A DNA stretch of 57,700 nucleotides, counting the filler, from Basidiobolus ranarum (Eukaryota): NCBI GenBank assembly GCA_040143965.1. It is 5 parts of 5 records of this genome, joined end to end, with 100 filler letters (N's around TTAATTAATTAA, not from the genome) between each part and the next. Parts side by side here need not be neighbours in the genome. Positions count along the whole stretch, not along the records: positions 1 to 11,471 come from JASJQH010007484.1; positions 11,572 to 23,037 come from JASJQH010007485.1; 3 more parts are not named here. The stretch is one strand, 5' to 3'. The notes under the pieces were generated by a model. It had not been told where the DNA came from. It did no database searches and worked only from the letters and a program-made list of their open reading frames with translations. Of the stretch, positions 1 through 12,196 are shown piece by piece. Made by a program: the position numbers and the translations under genes. Positions within the stretch are counted from its first letter, which is position 1. The number at the start of each line of letters is the position of its first letter.

Positions 1-577
1 AATTTCAAAAGTACAAAGGGAAAATGCAGTGCAAATATGCAGAAAGTGGCTGCAGAAGAAGAACATTCAAGTTGACATTCAGTCTGGTGTTGACCATGCA
101 TATATCTGGGAAGAACCTAATACAGAGTGGCACATTTTTGCAGGGTAGCCACCTGATAGCCGGAAGAATGTTGATTCAGCAACATTAATACAATGGTGGG
201 CTTTGATGGAGATATTGATACAAACCTGTGTTGGGTATGAGCTAAACCTTGGGTATGAAAAACTTTATAAAAATATTCAGGAGAATATATCAAAGAGACT
301 AAGGATTTCAAATGTTACAAATTAGCATTCAAGTGGTAATTGTTTAAAATTTGAGTTACATTGTTTACACATATGTTGATCCATAGTTCTCTGAGATTGT
401 AGCCAATCATGCACAACTATTTTGCAAGATCTTGAAATTTCACTTCTGAAACTGAAAAAATTGATTAAAATTAAATCTAACTTGACAATTTTATGATGGT
501 AAGTAAATGGTCAATTCCAAACAGATTAAAATTGTGATGGTTTTCCTACAATAACAATCCTCAAATTTCTGTTAGGG
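1..577 (+). mobile_element. Right end of a CMC/EnSpm (CACTA-like) DNA transposon, ending in terminal motif CCTCAAATTTCTGTTAGGG
   Basis: Collinear diverged direct repeat of 8201..8777 (offset about 8200). Both copies stop at the same motif, which recurs at 8902..8920. Confidence 0.7.
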
Positions 578-579
578 GC

Positions 580-2100
580 ATTTATTGTTTGCACACAATT
601 GGCAATCACTGAATCCGGTAAATATTGTTCATATTTGGCTACATACAGTCAATTCCCTGGCATAAAGTTTTGATGAAATCAACTAAATAAAGATCATTGA
701 TCCAATACCAAAGTACTCACCATAAAGCTGATGGTATTACCAATGTGCTGGATTGATATCACTACCAGAATCTGAAAAGTCAAGGTTTCTCTGAGAACCT
801 ATATGATCATGCATTTGGATTGGCCCTGGATGGTTTCTTGCTAAACATATATACCATTGGAAAGGCTTGCTGGCCATTAACTTTAATTAACATAAATCTT
901 CCTCCTTCTGAGTGGTATCAGAGTCATATTATTTTTATACTTTCATCATATCTGTATCTAAATCACCAGTGCTTATAGATAGCTTCTTGGAGCATTTGAT
1001 GGTGGAATTTCAATGGCTATCTAATAGGGTTCAAATCAGTGAATATTTTATTAAAGTTAATATCATTTTATAAATTGGTGACACCCCTGCCAACAGTAAG
1101 CTTTGAGGTTTTTGCAGGCACCATGCACTATCTTGCTGTAGATTTTGTCAAATTAATGGAGTCTACTCTATCAGGCAAAAGCATTACTACTATCCAGATA
1201 CAAAACTACACTCTATGATTTTACTGTCATGAACCCAATCAGATTTCAACATGATCACTGATATCAATTCACCAAATAGTCAGTCCAACATCAAACTTGG
1301 TATTAGCCATAAGCCTAATATTATATTGATAAAGAGGATCAGCTGGAGCCAGAGCTTACCATTAGGCACTTTGCACTTACTATTCAATTACATTCTGATT
1401 TTACTTACTCAGCTATATAGTGAAAAATTCAATGTGAATAAGCCATTTGAGATAGAATCAAGGTTTGAATCTATTGGGAGAATGCTTGAAAATGTCAAGA
1501 TAGCATCATATTTTACCAGGACTCCCATCAATATTCACTCATCTAGGTGCTTATTCAAATGCAAAGACTGGAAGTATTGGATTTGTATATATTCAAGTGG
1601 AATCTTGGAACAGTTTATACCTGATAAGTATTGGTCACATTTGGAGCTGTTTGTGGATAATGTTGAAATTTTCTTATGGCATCATCTCATATTGACAGAT
1701 CTCAGGCAGATACAGTGACTGTGCAAAGATTTTGTATTTGCATATGAAAAGCCTTATTATAGGTTCAAAGAAGATAGACTGAATCTATGCCAGTATTCAA
1801 TTCATTTCCTGCTGCATCTTTCACAATGCTTAGGGATTATAGGCACTTGCAATACATTCTGGGAGTTCCCAATGGAGCACACATGCAGTGAAATGATGCC
1901 CCATGTGTAATTGTCAGTATTACCATATGCTGATCTGATTAATGATGTATCAGCAAAACAGTGATGGATGTAGTGGAATGGGCTAAGGAGACTCCAGAGT
2001 ATATCAAGCTTCCAACAAAGGGCTCTTTTCCATGTACTCATGGGTTTTTGCATTGTTTGAGCACAATTACAGCAACAAAGCCTAATCCATGGTCACAGGG
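580..2100 (+). mobile_element. Degenerate Tnp2-family (EnSpm/CACTA) transposase
   Basis: Translated motifs HAFGLALDGF, CWPLTLININLPP, GDTPANSKL, CCRFCQING, LPLGTLHLLFN, FKCKDWKYW and SIHFLLHL..WEFPMEH, interrupted by stops and frameshifts. Confidence 0.85.
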
Positions 2101-2117
2101 TAAGTATCTCTATAATT

Positions 2118-2297
2118 TATGTGGATCAATACTTTAACATGTATGAATACCATCAAAATACCATCAAGAAACTGCCATCACACGATCAAACTCCCTTGCA
2201 GAATGCAAGCCATCAACGTTGTGTCCATTCTCTTATGGTTTAGGAACTTTGAAGTGTAGATCCAATCCAGATCATATTGATTTTATTTTTGTTAGAG
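2118..2297 (-). mobile_element. Left end of the CMC/EnSpm element, inverted copy
   Basis: Reverse complement of about 6497..6680. Starts CTCTAACAAAAATAAAATCAATATGATCTGG versus CCCTAACAACACTAAAATCAATTTGATCTGG. Confidence 0.65.
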
Positions 2298-2990
2298 AAC
2301 CCCATTAGCTAACCTTTCAAATTCTGCAATCAAAGCCTCCAAGATGCTATCTATAAGTACTGCTGATTTAGGTTCAGATATGATGGATAGTATCAGAATA
2401 TTATAACTCTTACACTGCTCAGAAGGAGGAAGATGTAAATTAATCCAAGGTATTAGCCAGCAAGCCTTTCCAACAGCATATTTGTTTAGCCAGAAACCAT
2501 CCAGAGCCAATGCAAATGTATGATCATTTATGTTCAGTATATTTATTTAATGCAAAACCATCTTGAGCTAATGCAAAGGTGTGGTCATATATGTTCTCAA
2601 AGAAACCTTGACTTTTGAGATTCTAGTAGTGATATTGGTCAGGCAGATTGGTTATACCATCAGCTTTGTGGTGGGTACTCTGGCAATGAATCAATGATCT
2701 AAAATTGGATGATTTCATCAAAACTTTAAGACATGAAATCAATGGTATATATGCTGAAGGTGAATAATATTTAACTGATTCAGTGATTGCCAATTTTGTG
2801 CAAACAGTACATGACTTCAGATCTTTCAAATCACCAGTGAAAGCAAATCAACTAAATATGCATAAAGGTAGCTTAATGATGGAAGGATTATAAGTCATGC
2901 AATTGACAAGTGTTTTCCACTTGCGCCTGTTGTGTGGCAAGCAATGGTTGCCAATCTAGTGTGGTAAAAGTATCAGAAAAGCAATAAACA
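2298..2990 (-). mobile_element. Second degenerate Tnp2 transposase fragment
   Basis: ORFs 2292..2510 (ALDGF..CWLIPWINLHLPPSE) and 2623..2829 are paralogous to 590..1030 and 7270..7960. Confidence 0.85.
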
Positions 2991-3059
2991 CCGGGTCGTT
3001 AAAGTTTGATTGAACTCTCTACTGCTCAACAATTAAAGCTGCTTAAGCTGCCAAGTAAT

Positions 3060-4300
3060 TTAAATATTTTGACCACCAGAGTCATCTGAAAATGACTTGA
3101 TAAGCTAATTTTGTTTGAAAGAGTGCTTTTAGATTAGTGGTGACTACTATCAAATCATTCACACATATTGCCATCAATAGTATCCACTTTGCAGCTGTTT
3201 TTTGTGCAAGTTCTGTGATCTGCTATGCATTTTTGGAGTTCCAGTGAGTGCAATAGGTATCTGTCTTGTTGTATCATGCCCTGAGTAGTTGCTTGTATCC
3301 ATGTCATAATTTTTGCAGCTTACTTACTAATCAAGAGTGTTCTGGGTGACTCAATCCATTGGGTTGCTCCCAACAGATCTCTTCTTTTAGAGTCTCATTC
3401 AGAAACTCTGTTTCTACATCCACTTGATTGGGAACATGGTTATTAATAGCAGAGAGTATCTGATGCAATCTAATAAAGCTACACTTACCTATGGTTGTAA
3501 AAGCTTTTCATAATAGCTGCCAGAATATGGGATTAACTGTTTACAACTAATCTTACTTTGAATCCTATGGTGGTTTACTGGCTTGATCACTTGGTCTGTA
3601 CCCATCTTCAATGCATTAGCTGCCTTCAATAAGATAAAACTCTTAAAACCAATGTTTTGTTATCTTGAAGTGAAGAAAGTTCTTCTGAAGTGTGCTTCTT
3701 CTCATATATTGGATTCTGGATACTCTAGCACCTGGCATAGAGTGTGAGGCTTGTGACAGAGTGTATAAGGTAAGACATCACTTGTTGGAGTGCTCCACCC
3801 ATTCTATGGGTCACTTCTCCTGCTGAATGATGCATTCAAAAGTGTTTGAATATTTGTTTCAAATGTGTGTTGCCATTACACAGACATTTCCTTACTGATG
3901 CTGAGTTTGTTTCCTAGATCAGGAACTGTAAGTATGCAACAAAGTGGATTTTATATCAAAATCAAAATCTGAATAGCTTCTCATTTTTGATAATAAAAGT
4001 CTATATATCTTAGATCCTGCATAGTAGTGAAGGAATATGTATTTACTGCTTTTGTTTGAATCCACATTTAGAACAGCAACTTGCAAAGTCTCTGGGGCAA
4101 TATGATCTATCATTAGTACTCCTGAGCACCCTTATTGTATGTGAGAATTCTGTTCTACCACTGCTTTGTAGTGGTTAAATGTAGTTAAGTCTTTGGAGTT
4201 GGAATTAAATAAGAATAGCCAAGTGTACCTTGCTTTGACATCAGTAAAGGTCACCAAGTACCTTTTGGCACCCATTACAACCTTTTAATAGGCTGACATA
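3060..4300 (-). mobile_element. Ty1/copia integrase and RT remnants with internal deletions
   Basis: YLVTFTDVKARYTWLFLF..RVLRSTND (integrase, about 4100-4265), QVDVETEFLNETLKEEICWEQPNG (RT, about 3350-3430) and AICVNDL (YVDD-like). Confidence 0.75.
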
Positions 4301-4389
4301 AGTTGGAATGAATTAGGGCAAACTTTGGAGTAAATTTGCTCTCTCCAGAGTGAGAAAATATCTGTCTGAGATGATTTCCATATTTGTAG

Positions 4390-4930
4390 CCTGCACACAG
4401 ATCCAATTTGCTATATTCTATGTGCATAAACAAGAGACATATTGATTTTGAATTATTTGGGTCACTGTTTGTTGCCCAAAGTTATCAAAACTTCTAAGCC
4501 ACATTTGTAAGTTGCTTCATCTTTGTTGGCTGGGCTTTCTTATTGTGAATGCTATTTAGTCTTTTTTAGCCTGTACAAGTTGAGAGTTTTAATCCAAGGA
4601 GCTAAGTTTGTGTGATAATTTTCTTGTATAGTTCAATATATCTTGCTGATCATGAAATCAAGTCTCTGAACCCTTGTTTGCATCAATGAGAGAAGATTTA
4701 TGGTTGTCTTTGGTATATAAGGTATATCAGCTAATTGAGGAGAAAGTGCAGCTGAGTAACAACTAAGATTGAGCACAACTTTGCTAATGCAAACTGCATC
4801 AAGTATGAAGTTGTCTCCCTAGCAGACTCTCCTCAATGGGATCAATATCAAATTGGAAAACAAATCCTTCTTCTTTCAAATACAATGGGGGAGCCCATGA
4901 ATCAATGAACCTTGTTTGTTACTGGGTGCA
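4390..4930 (-). mobile_element. Ty3/gypsy RT remnant
   Basis: SWAPPIV..KKKD-like and SKLDLCAGY motifs on the minus strand, heavily decayed. Confidence 0.55.
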
Positions 4931-5199
4931 CATTATTTGAGCCTTCTGGATATTTTACAACTTCAAAAATGCTTTCATGTGAAGAGTTTCTCCTTTGGAG
5001 GTTCTAGTAGCAAATAACACCTGAAGACAATGCCCTTAGTGGATTCATTAAGCAGAATAGATTGAGCTAAAGGGACCAGTAGAAGCTATGCTTCATTTCA
5101 CACAAAGAAGATGAAAGCACTCTCAGTTCATTATCTTCATGTGGGAGACTCCCAATGGAGGCAACAATATTCAGTAAAATAAAATCCAAAATTCATGAA

Positions 5200-6342
5200 A
5201 AATACATGAGTGACTGTATGAGACTTTGGGTCTAACTATAAGGCCATATCTTATTCAAAAATATTCTCAATTCAGAAGAAGTCTGATGCTTTTCTTGCTA
5301 ATCATCTAGGTAAGATCAAAGCTATGGCAGATTAGGCCTCATCTATTGAAGCACTGCTAAACAATTTGACATAGTCATGAACACTACTTGTGAGCATTGT
5401 TGTAAGCCATAAAATTCCCAACAAGCTTCAATAAAGGTGCCACTTACAGGAAGTCAATTGTCTGCAAGTATCACAGTAAACTAGGCTATTAAGACAAAGA
5501 TTTCAGAGAAAGTATTCTTGCTCAAGAACCAAAATAGGAACAGGCAGATCAAGTAAGTACTGATAGGTATAATCTACTATGTTTGCCCTGTCAATAATTG
5601 TTGAGGAAAACTTTGAAATGTGCTACACTGAGTTCAGAGCTTTCTAGAATTTGTCAACAAACTAAGATTGGTTTTCCAGCATAAAGCCAATCCAAGCAAG
5701 ATAAGTTCACTTAGGAGATGAATACACACCTGTTGTAGTTGGTAAGGGCACAGTTGAACTCAATATCAACTAAGATTCTTTTTCACAATCTGCAAAATTG
5801 CAAGATGTAATCTATGTTTAAAATATAGCACAGCATCTGCTATCAGTGAACCTAACAACTTCTGGATATCAGAATGTTATGTTCAGCAAGGCTGGATGCA
5901 CTATGACAGACCTGAACAAAATCACATTCACTACTGGGAGCTAAATTCACAGCTTATACAAGCTAGTAATGAATAAAATTAATCATTAGCTTGCACACTT
6001 AGTTAAAACTTATGAACTAAGGTGCCAACCATGAGATAGAAGATTTGCTCAATATGGGAGTACAGAAACTGCCCTGAATGACTCAACACTGGCTTATTCT
6101 TTGATTGGAAATTGAAACAATGAGTAAATGGAATCTATATGCAGGTTGTATACATAGAAAACAATAGAGCAAGCTAGTGACAAGCTGTGACAAGACCAAA
6201 TCCACAAAAAATTGTGCCCTGCTTCACTCTGACCTATGAGGGCCAATGAAGATTTCCTGCTGGTGGCAAAAGGTGCTTTACAACCATATTGAGGGCAAAC
6301 AAGAAACTCTTGTGTATAACTTCTTGGTCAGCAGTCATATAA
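5200..6342 (+). mobile_element. Ty1/copia gag-protease-integrase remnant
   Basis: LQDVIYV*NIAQHLLSV and LHSDL*GPM motifs. Truncated at 6342 by the gypsy LTR. Confidence 0.7.
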
Positions 6343-9300
6343 TGTTGCAATAAATGGTCACAGAAGGTGACCTGATAGTCTCACAATTATGTTCCATGGA
6401 AGGTTGGATGCTAGTATCCTCTCCCTCCTATAACGTCTCATGATTGTCTTGACTGTGCCACCCCAACATGTATTAGCTGATTGCTATCTCTCCAAGCCCT
6501 AACAACACTAAAATCAATTTGATCTGGATTGAATCCATCCTTCTAAGTTGCACAATCATCGGAGAACCATCACAATATTGATGGCTTGGATTCTGCCAGG
6601 GATTTTGATGGTGTGATGGCAGTTTCTTGATGTCATGTTGACAGTATTCATACATGTTAAAGTATTGATCCACATATTTGGCCTGCAATTAATTTCTGGC
6701 ATTTTTTGCAAATTTATAATTTTTGAATGGCAAATTCACATTGAGAATAAGCTCTTAAATTTTGGCAAATTTCTTTAAAAAATTCAGCCTTTATATCCCC
6801 AACTAGCAGTCAATAAGTGTCCTGCCACAAGTAGATGTGTCAATGCTTAAATAGTTTAACTCATAGATAAAACAATAATATTGTATCGTGATCTATCTCA
6901 CCAAGAAATCTGTCTTGTAGCTTTCTTAGAAATACTGTCAGATTATCACACAAACAAATTATTCCAAAATATGGAGATACTTACTTTGTGTCCATGGGTT
7001 GGCCTTTGTTGCTGTTATTTTGTGCAAACAATGTGAAAACCCACAAGTACATTGAAAACAGCCCTCTTATGGCAGGTTAATATACTCTGGAGTCTCCTTA
7101 AGCCATTGCATTACATCCATCACCAATTTACTGATACGTTGTTTATCAGATTAGCATACAGTAAATCTGACAATTTCACATGGAGTCCCATTTCACCACT
7201 GGTGTGATCCATTGGGAACTCCCAGAATGTGTAGCAAGGGCCTATATCCTCCAAGTTTGCTGATGGCTGGGGTGTCACCTATACATACAATGATATTAGC
7301 TTTAATAAAATATTTGCACATCTAACCCTCATTAGTTAGCCATTCAAATTCCACAATCACAGGCTCCAAGAAGCTACCTATAAGCCCTGGTGGTTTACAT
7401 CAAGATATGATGGACAGTATCAAAATATTATGACTCTTATACCATTCATAAGGGGAAAGACTTAATTTAATTAAAAATTATTGGCCAACAAGCCTCTCTA
7501 ATGGTACATTTGTTTAGCAAGAAACCATCCAGAGCCAATGCAAATGCATGATCATACATGTTCTTGAAGATACCTTGACTATTTGGATTCTGGTAGTGAT
7601 ATCTACCAAGTGTATTGGTAAAACCATAAGATTTACAGTGCGTACTTTGGTATTGGATCATTGATCTATATTTGGATTATTTCATCAAAACTTTAAGACC
7701 AGGAATCAATGATATGTAAGCTAAATATGACCAATATTTACCTGATTCAGTGATTGCCAATTGTGGGCAAACAGTACATGATTTCTGGTTTCTCAGATCA
7801 TTGGTAAAAGCCAAACAACCATTTGGCCATGAAGGTAGCTTAATTACTGAAGGATTATAAGTCATACAATTGACAAGTGTTTTCCACTTGTATCAGGTAT
7901 GTGCCAAGCAACAGTTGCCAATCAGCTGCGGTAAAAGTGTAAAAAACCAATAAACACTTAATTGCTAAGATGGGATTGAGCTGTCCACTCCTCAATAGTC
8001 AAAGCCGCTTCCTTTACTGAAAGTCTTATCAGTGGACTAATGCTTGCCAATAACAACAAGTCTGCAATAAAACCATTGTCTTCTTCTTCACCTTCTTATA
8101 TACTATTTAGATAGTATGTCAGAGATACAAGCACCGCAAAGCACCCTCAGTAGTGTTACACTACAAGGACATAAGAGAATAGTAAAAGTGCTTGAGGAGT
8201 ATTTTTAAATATTTGAAGCAAAAAACACAGTGCAAGTATGCAGAAAGTGGCTTCAGAAGAAGAATATTTAACTTGACATTCAGTCTGGTGTTGACTGTGC
8301 AGATATCTGGGAAGAACTTAATACAGAGTGGCACAATATTGCAGGGTATCCACCAGATAGCCAGAAGAATGTTGATTCAGCAACATTAATACATTTGTGG
8401 GCTTTGATGGAGATATTGATACCAACTTGTGTTGGATATGGGCTAAACTTTGGGTATGAAGAACTCTATTAAAATATTCAGCAGAATATATCAAAGAAAT
8501 TTGGAAGTTTGAAGATGACATATTAGCATTCAAGTGGTGATTGTGTAAAAGTTGAGTTATGTTTTTCACACATGTGTTGTTCCATAGTTCTCTGATAATG
8601 TAGTTAAACATGTGCAACTATTATGCATGATCTTGAAATTTCACTCCTGAAACTGAAAAAATTGATTGTAATTGAATCTAACTTGACAATTTTATGACAG
8701 TAAGTAAACAGTCAATCCCAAATGGATTGATATTTTGATGTTTTCCCATGATAACAATCCTCAAATTTCTGTTAGGAACCACAGTTGAGAGGCGACTGTT
8801 GCTTGCCATAGATCTGGTACAAGTGTAAACATTTGTCAGTTGAATGACTTATAATTTTTTGGCAATTAAACTGCCTTCATGTCCAAATTATTGTTTGGCT
8901 TCCTCAAGTTTCTGTTAGGGAAGATGTCTTGGCCAAAAACAGTGCCATCCAAGAATGACATAGCTAGAACATGATATAGTAATTAGATTGGTAATCAGTG
9001 ATGAGTCATTATTTATCTGATCCATCTGTTTGAATATAAGTACAGGAGTATCGCTCTCAACAAACTTCAGGCCAGCTTTAGTGAATATAATACTTGCCTA
9101 TGCCAATCTCTATAACTCTTAGCTACTTGAGAACTATGCTATTGGAAGCAACAACAACTTATCATCCACTCTTAAGAAGAAACTTTGCCACATTTTAGAC
9201 ACCAAAATGGAGATTTGCTAGACCAGCAGTCTCAACTTCTGTAACTTTTGAGCTGGCAACAGTAAGGGATTGCTATTGCTAACCAGAACCAACCATGTCA

Positions 9301-9864
9301 AGAGAAACAAGGAGTATCAAAGTTGACTAGCATCATGGTATAGTTGAGGAAAATTTAGGAACTTGGATCTTTCAGCTAGAAGAAGCCTTTATAGCCAAAA
9401 GAGTTCAAGATGCCATAAAGCTATGGTATTAGCTTCAGGTACCAGCAAGCTACCCATGTGGCCTCCTATCAGCCCAAGGCAGCCCTTTGGTGATTTTGTA
9501 ACAGAGCTAGAGCAGCAGGTAGAGGAGAACTACCCTGAAACACTACTTGGGAGCAGTTTAACCAAGAGATTCATGGTGCCTATGACCACCATGTCAGCAG
9601 CAACTACTGAGGAGAAATCAACAGACATTGAAGCAAGTTAAAACTGTGCAGGAATATATCTACCAGTTCAGAAGCATGAAGGGCCATAACAAATGTATGT
9701 ATCAGCTATAGCAAGTGTGACACTTTGTTGCAGTGTTTAAAGGAAGAACCAATAAGGAAGTAAGCTACCAAACCCCAGGTAACTTAGAAATGGCAATCAA
9801 GATTGCAATCACCTATGACTCAGCCTTATATGGTTAAGGAAGCCATAGGCTATGGAGAGCAGAC
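6343..9864 (+). mobile_element. Ty3/gypsy 5' LTR (6343..6496 plus 8921..9192, split by a DNA transposon) and gag remnant
   Basis: Termini TGTTGCAA..TTGCCACA are a 7/8 inverted match. Downstream are frameshifted retrotransposon-gag motifs TWEQF, LKQVKTVQEYIYQF and EVSYQTPGNLEMAIKIAITYD. Confidence 0.7.
6497..8920 (+). mobile_element. Composite non-autonomous CMC/EnSpm element, TIR CCCTAACA, 3-bp TSD AAG
   Basis: AAG|CCCTAACA at 6494..6504 and TGTTAGGG|AAG at 8913..8923. The interior holds inverted Tnp2 fragments (about 6980..7960) and a second right end (8201..8777). Confidence 0.75.
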
Positions 9865-11385
9865 TGTTGAAATTAAGGCAATAGCAACTCAGTATTTTGA
9901 ATTTGGTTTATTAGCATTCCAATTATTTAGCACTCATTCTGCCACTCCTAAATGTGTGTTTATTGCTCAATTGATAGAAACAGCAATTAGAAAACTTTTA
10001 CCAACTTTCTCTTTTTTCTCAAGCTTTTCTAAATCATCTCTTATTTTCACCAACCCTCTACAGGCACGTTTATCATGATTTTAGCACATTCAATGGTCCA
10101 ATTTATTTTCAATGAAAAATATCTGCAATTCAGATAAATCTGACAATTCTATGGCTAATCTTATTGTTCAGATAAAAACTATAACAGATGAGCTCTGATC
10201 CATTGAAGCATCTCTAAATGAAGATAACTTGGTTATGACACTACCAAGGGGCCTGCCAGATAAGTTTGAGAGCTTCCTATTTGACACAGAGTCAAGATCA
10301 GAGCCATCGGCAATGGAATATGTTAATGCTAAGCTTTTGAATGAAGAATAAAGGAGAACTAATTATCAGCAATATAATCCAGATCAGGCATTTTTTGGAG
10401 CTTTAGAATGTCTAACAGGCTTCAATATTAATAATCAGCTTGTTTCTGCCTTGAAAATAAAAAATATTACCGAATTAAATCTGTGTAAAGGTTACTTATA
10501 TGGCAATAATCACAGACAGACGTTTTCAAGCTCTGGGAGATCAAATCCACTTAGAAATTTGCCTTAATTCATTCAAACACATGTGGACCTATCAAAAGCA
10601 TGATAATAGGTGGTAATGCACTTTATGTCCTTTATTGATGACAAAACAAGATACCTGGGTATGATAGCTCCAATCAAAAAGAAATTGAGCAACAAGCTAC
10701 AAAACCTTATACTCCACTGCAAAACGGACTTACAGAATGTGCTAATAGGACCTTAGCGGAGATGAGATGGTCAATTTGCATTATCAAAAGTTAGACCACC
10801 AATATTGAGCTGAATCAGTCTCCACTGAAGTCTTTATTAAAACAGAAACCCAACAAGATTGCTACCAAATTCTGCCCCATTCAAATACTATATGGGTCAA
10901 AACCAAGTGTGGTTCCTCTCAGGATTTTAGGTTACAGAGCATATTGTAAAATTCCTGGCCACATATGCTCTAAATTGTAACCAAAAAGAAATAAATGACA
11001 ATCTCATGGTTACTGTGATGGATCTGAGGCTTACAGTCATTTTGATAGCAAAGAACTGAAGGTAATTATGATCAGTGATGCATTTTTTGGTGAAAAAGCA
11101 ACTTTTTTACCTCAACTCATAGTTCTTGACCCAGAAAACACAATTACTGCTATTTAGGAAGTGTCTAACAATATCCTGGCTTTATCTGAGCCTAATTCAT
11201 CCAAGATTCCAGCCCTATTTGTATTAGTAGATTATTCAGGAGCTTGAAGCTTATTCAGCAGGAGAAATAAGCTGGGAAACTGGCATAATAGCTACAATGA
11301 TGATGTCTACACTGATGCAGCATTCTGTGAAAAGCCACAGACTTTGGATCAAGCTTGGGAGTGTCATGCAGCAAAATTGGGGGAC
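9865..11385 (+). mobile_element. Ty1/copia element: probable LTR 9865..10076, then gag (UBN2-like) and integrase remnants
   Basis: Starts TGTTGAAATT like the other copia LTRs here. Motifs LVMTLPRGLPDKFESF, LIHSNTCGP, SFIDDKTRY and TPLQNGLTECANRTL. Confidence 0.8.
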
Positions 11386-11386
11386 A

Positions 11387-11471
11387 TGATAAAAGTGTTT
11401 AGGGGATTTGGAAGTGTTTTGGACAAGTTTTGGATTTGTGAATTAGACACTTAAGCTTTATTGAATTGATT
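11387..11471 (-). repeat. 3' end of a copia-type LTR at the scaffold end
   Basis: Reverse complement ...CCAAAACACTTCCAAATCCCCTAAACACTTTTATCA resembles the 3' end of LTR 45110..45458. Confidence 0.5.
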
Positions 11472-11571
11472 NNNNNNNNNNNNNNNNNNNNNNNNNNNNN
11501 NNNNNNNNNNNNNNNTTAATTAATTAANNNNNNNNNNNNNNNNNNNNNNNNNNNNNNNNNNNNNNNNNNNN
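11472..11571. other. Artificial scaffold linker
   Basis: N44-TTAATTAATTAA-N44 (stops in all frames). Confidence 0.98.
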
Positions 11572-12196
11572 ACCACAGGAGCTGGAAGATTGGCCTTTGG
11601 TGATGCCCATGGCTTATTCCCGTATTGATGATACTGTCTACTTGCATGGCTATGTCAGTGGAAGAATGATAAAGGCGTTGGGCCCTCGTGATCCAAATTC
11701 CACAAAACCTAAACCTAAAGCTGCCATAACCGTCACTCATCTAGATGGCATCGTGTATGCGATTAACCCATTCCATAATACTTTCAATTACCGTTCAGCT
11801 TGTGTCTTTGGGCATGGCAGATTAGTGACTGATCCAGAAGAAAAGGCACTGGCCCTAAAAGCCATTACGAATCAAGCCTCTGGCTGCCTCCTTTCAAAAC
11901 ATCTTAACCTAGATGCAAGTGAGACCGCTGATAGATGGAATGATGGCAAGCAACCAGGTAAAATCGATATGCAAAGTACTGGAGTGATCGCCGTACAGAT
12001 TGAGTCTGGTAGTGCAAAGATTCGATCTGGGCCGCCTCCCAAAGAGGATGCAAAGGACGCAGTGAGTGATGAGCTTACTCGACAAGTATGGTCTGGAGTC
12101 TTACCAATTCGTTCGGCATATGGACCTGCTGAATCTGCGGAATATTCCAAGGCTCCCGTACCCGGATTTATCGAAACCTTAACCAAGCATAAATAA
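11572..12196 (+). CDS. Pyridoxamine 5'-phosphate oxidase-like / NimA-family flavin-nucleotide-binding protein, 5' truncated
   Basis: PMAYSR..VYLHG, ITVTHLDG, FHNTFNYRSACVFG, SAKIRSGPP and VWSGVLP motifs. The frame is open to the scaffold start. Confidence 0.88.

Noticed and set aside
117..311. Short ORFs in scaffold 1 (also 8318..8617, 9363..9641, 9803..10078) as host genes
   Set aside because: They are frames within decayed transposon sequence.
11516..11527. TTAATTAATTAA palindrome (four copies) as a biological motif
   Set aside because: Synthetic linker inside N runs.
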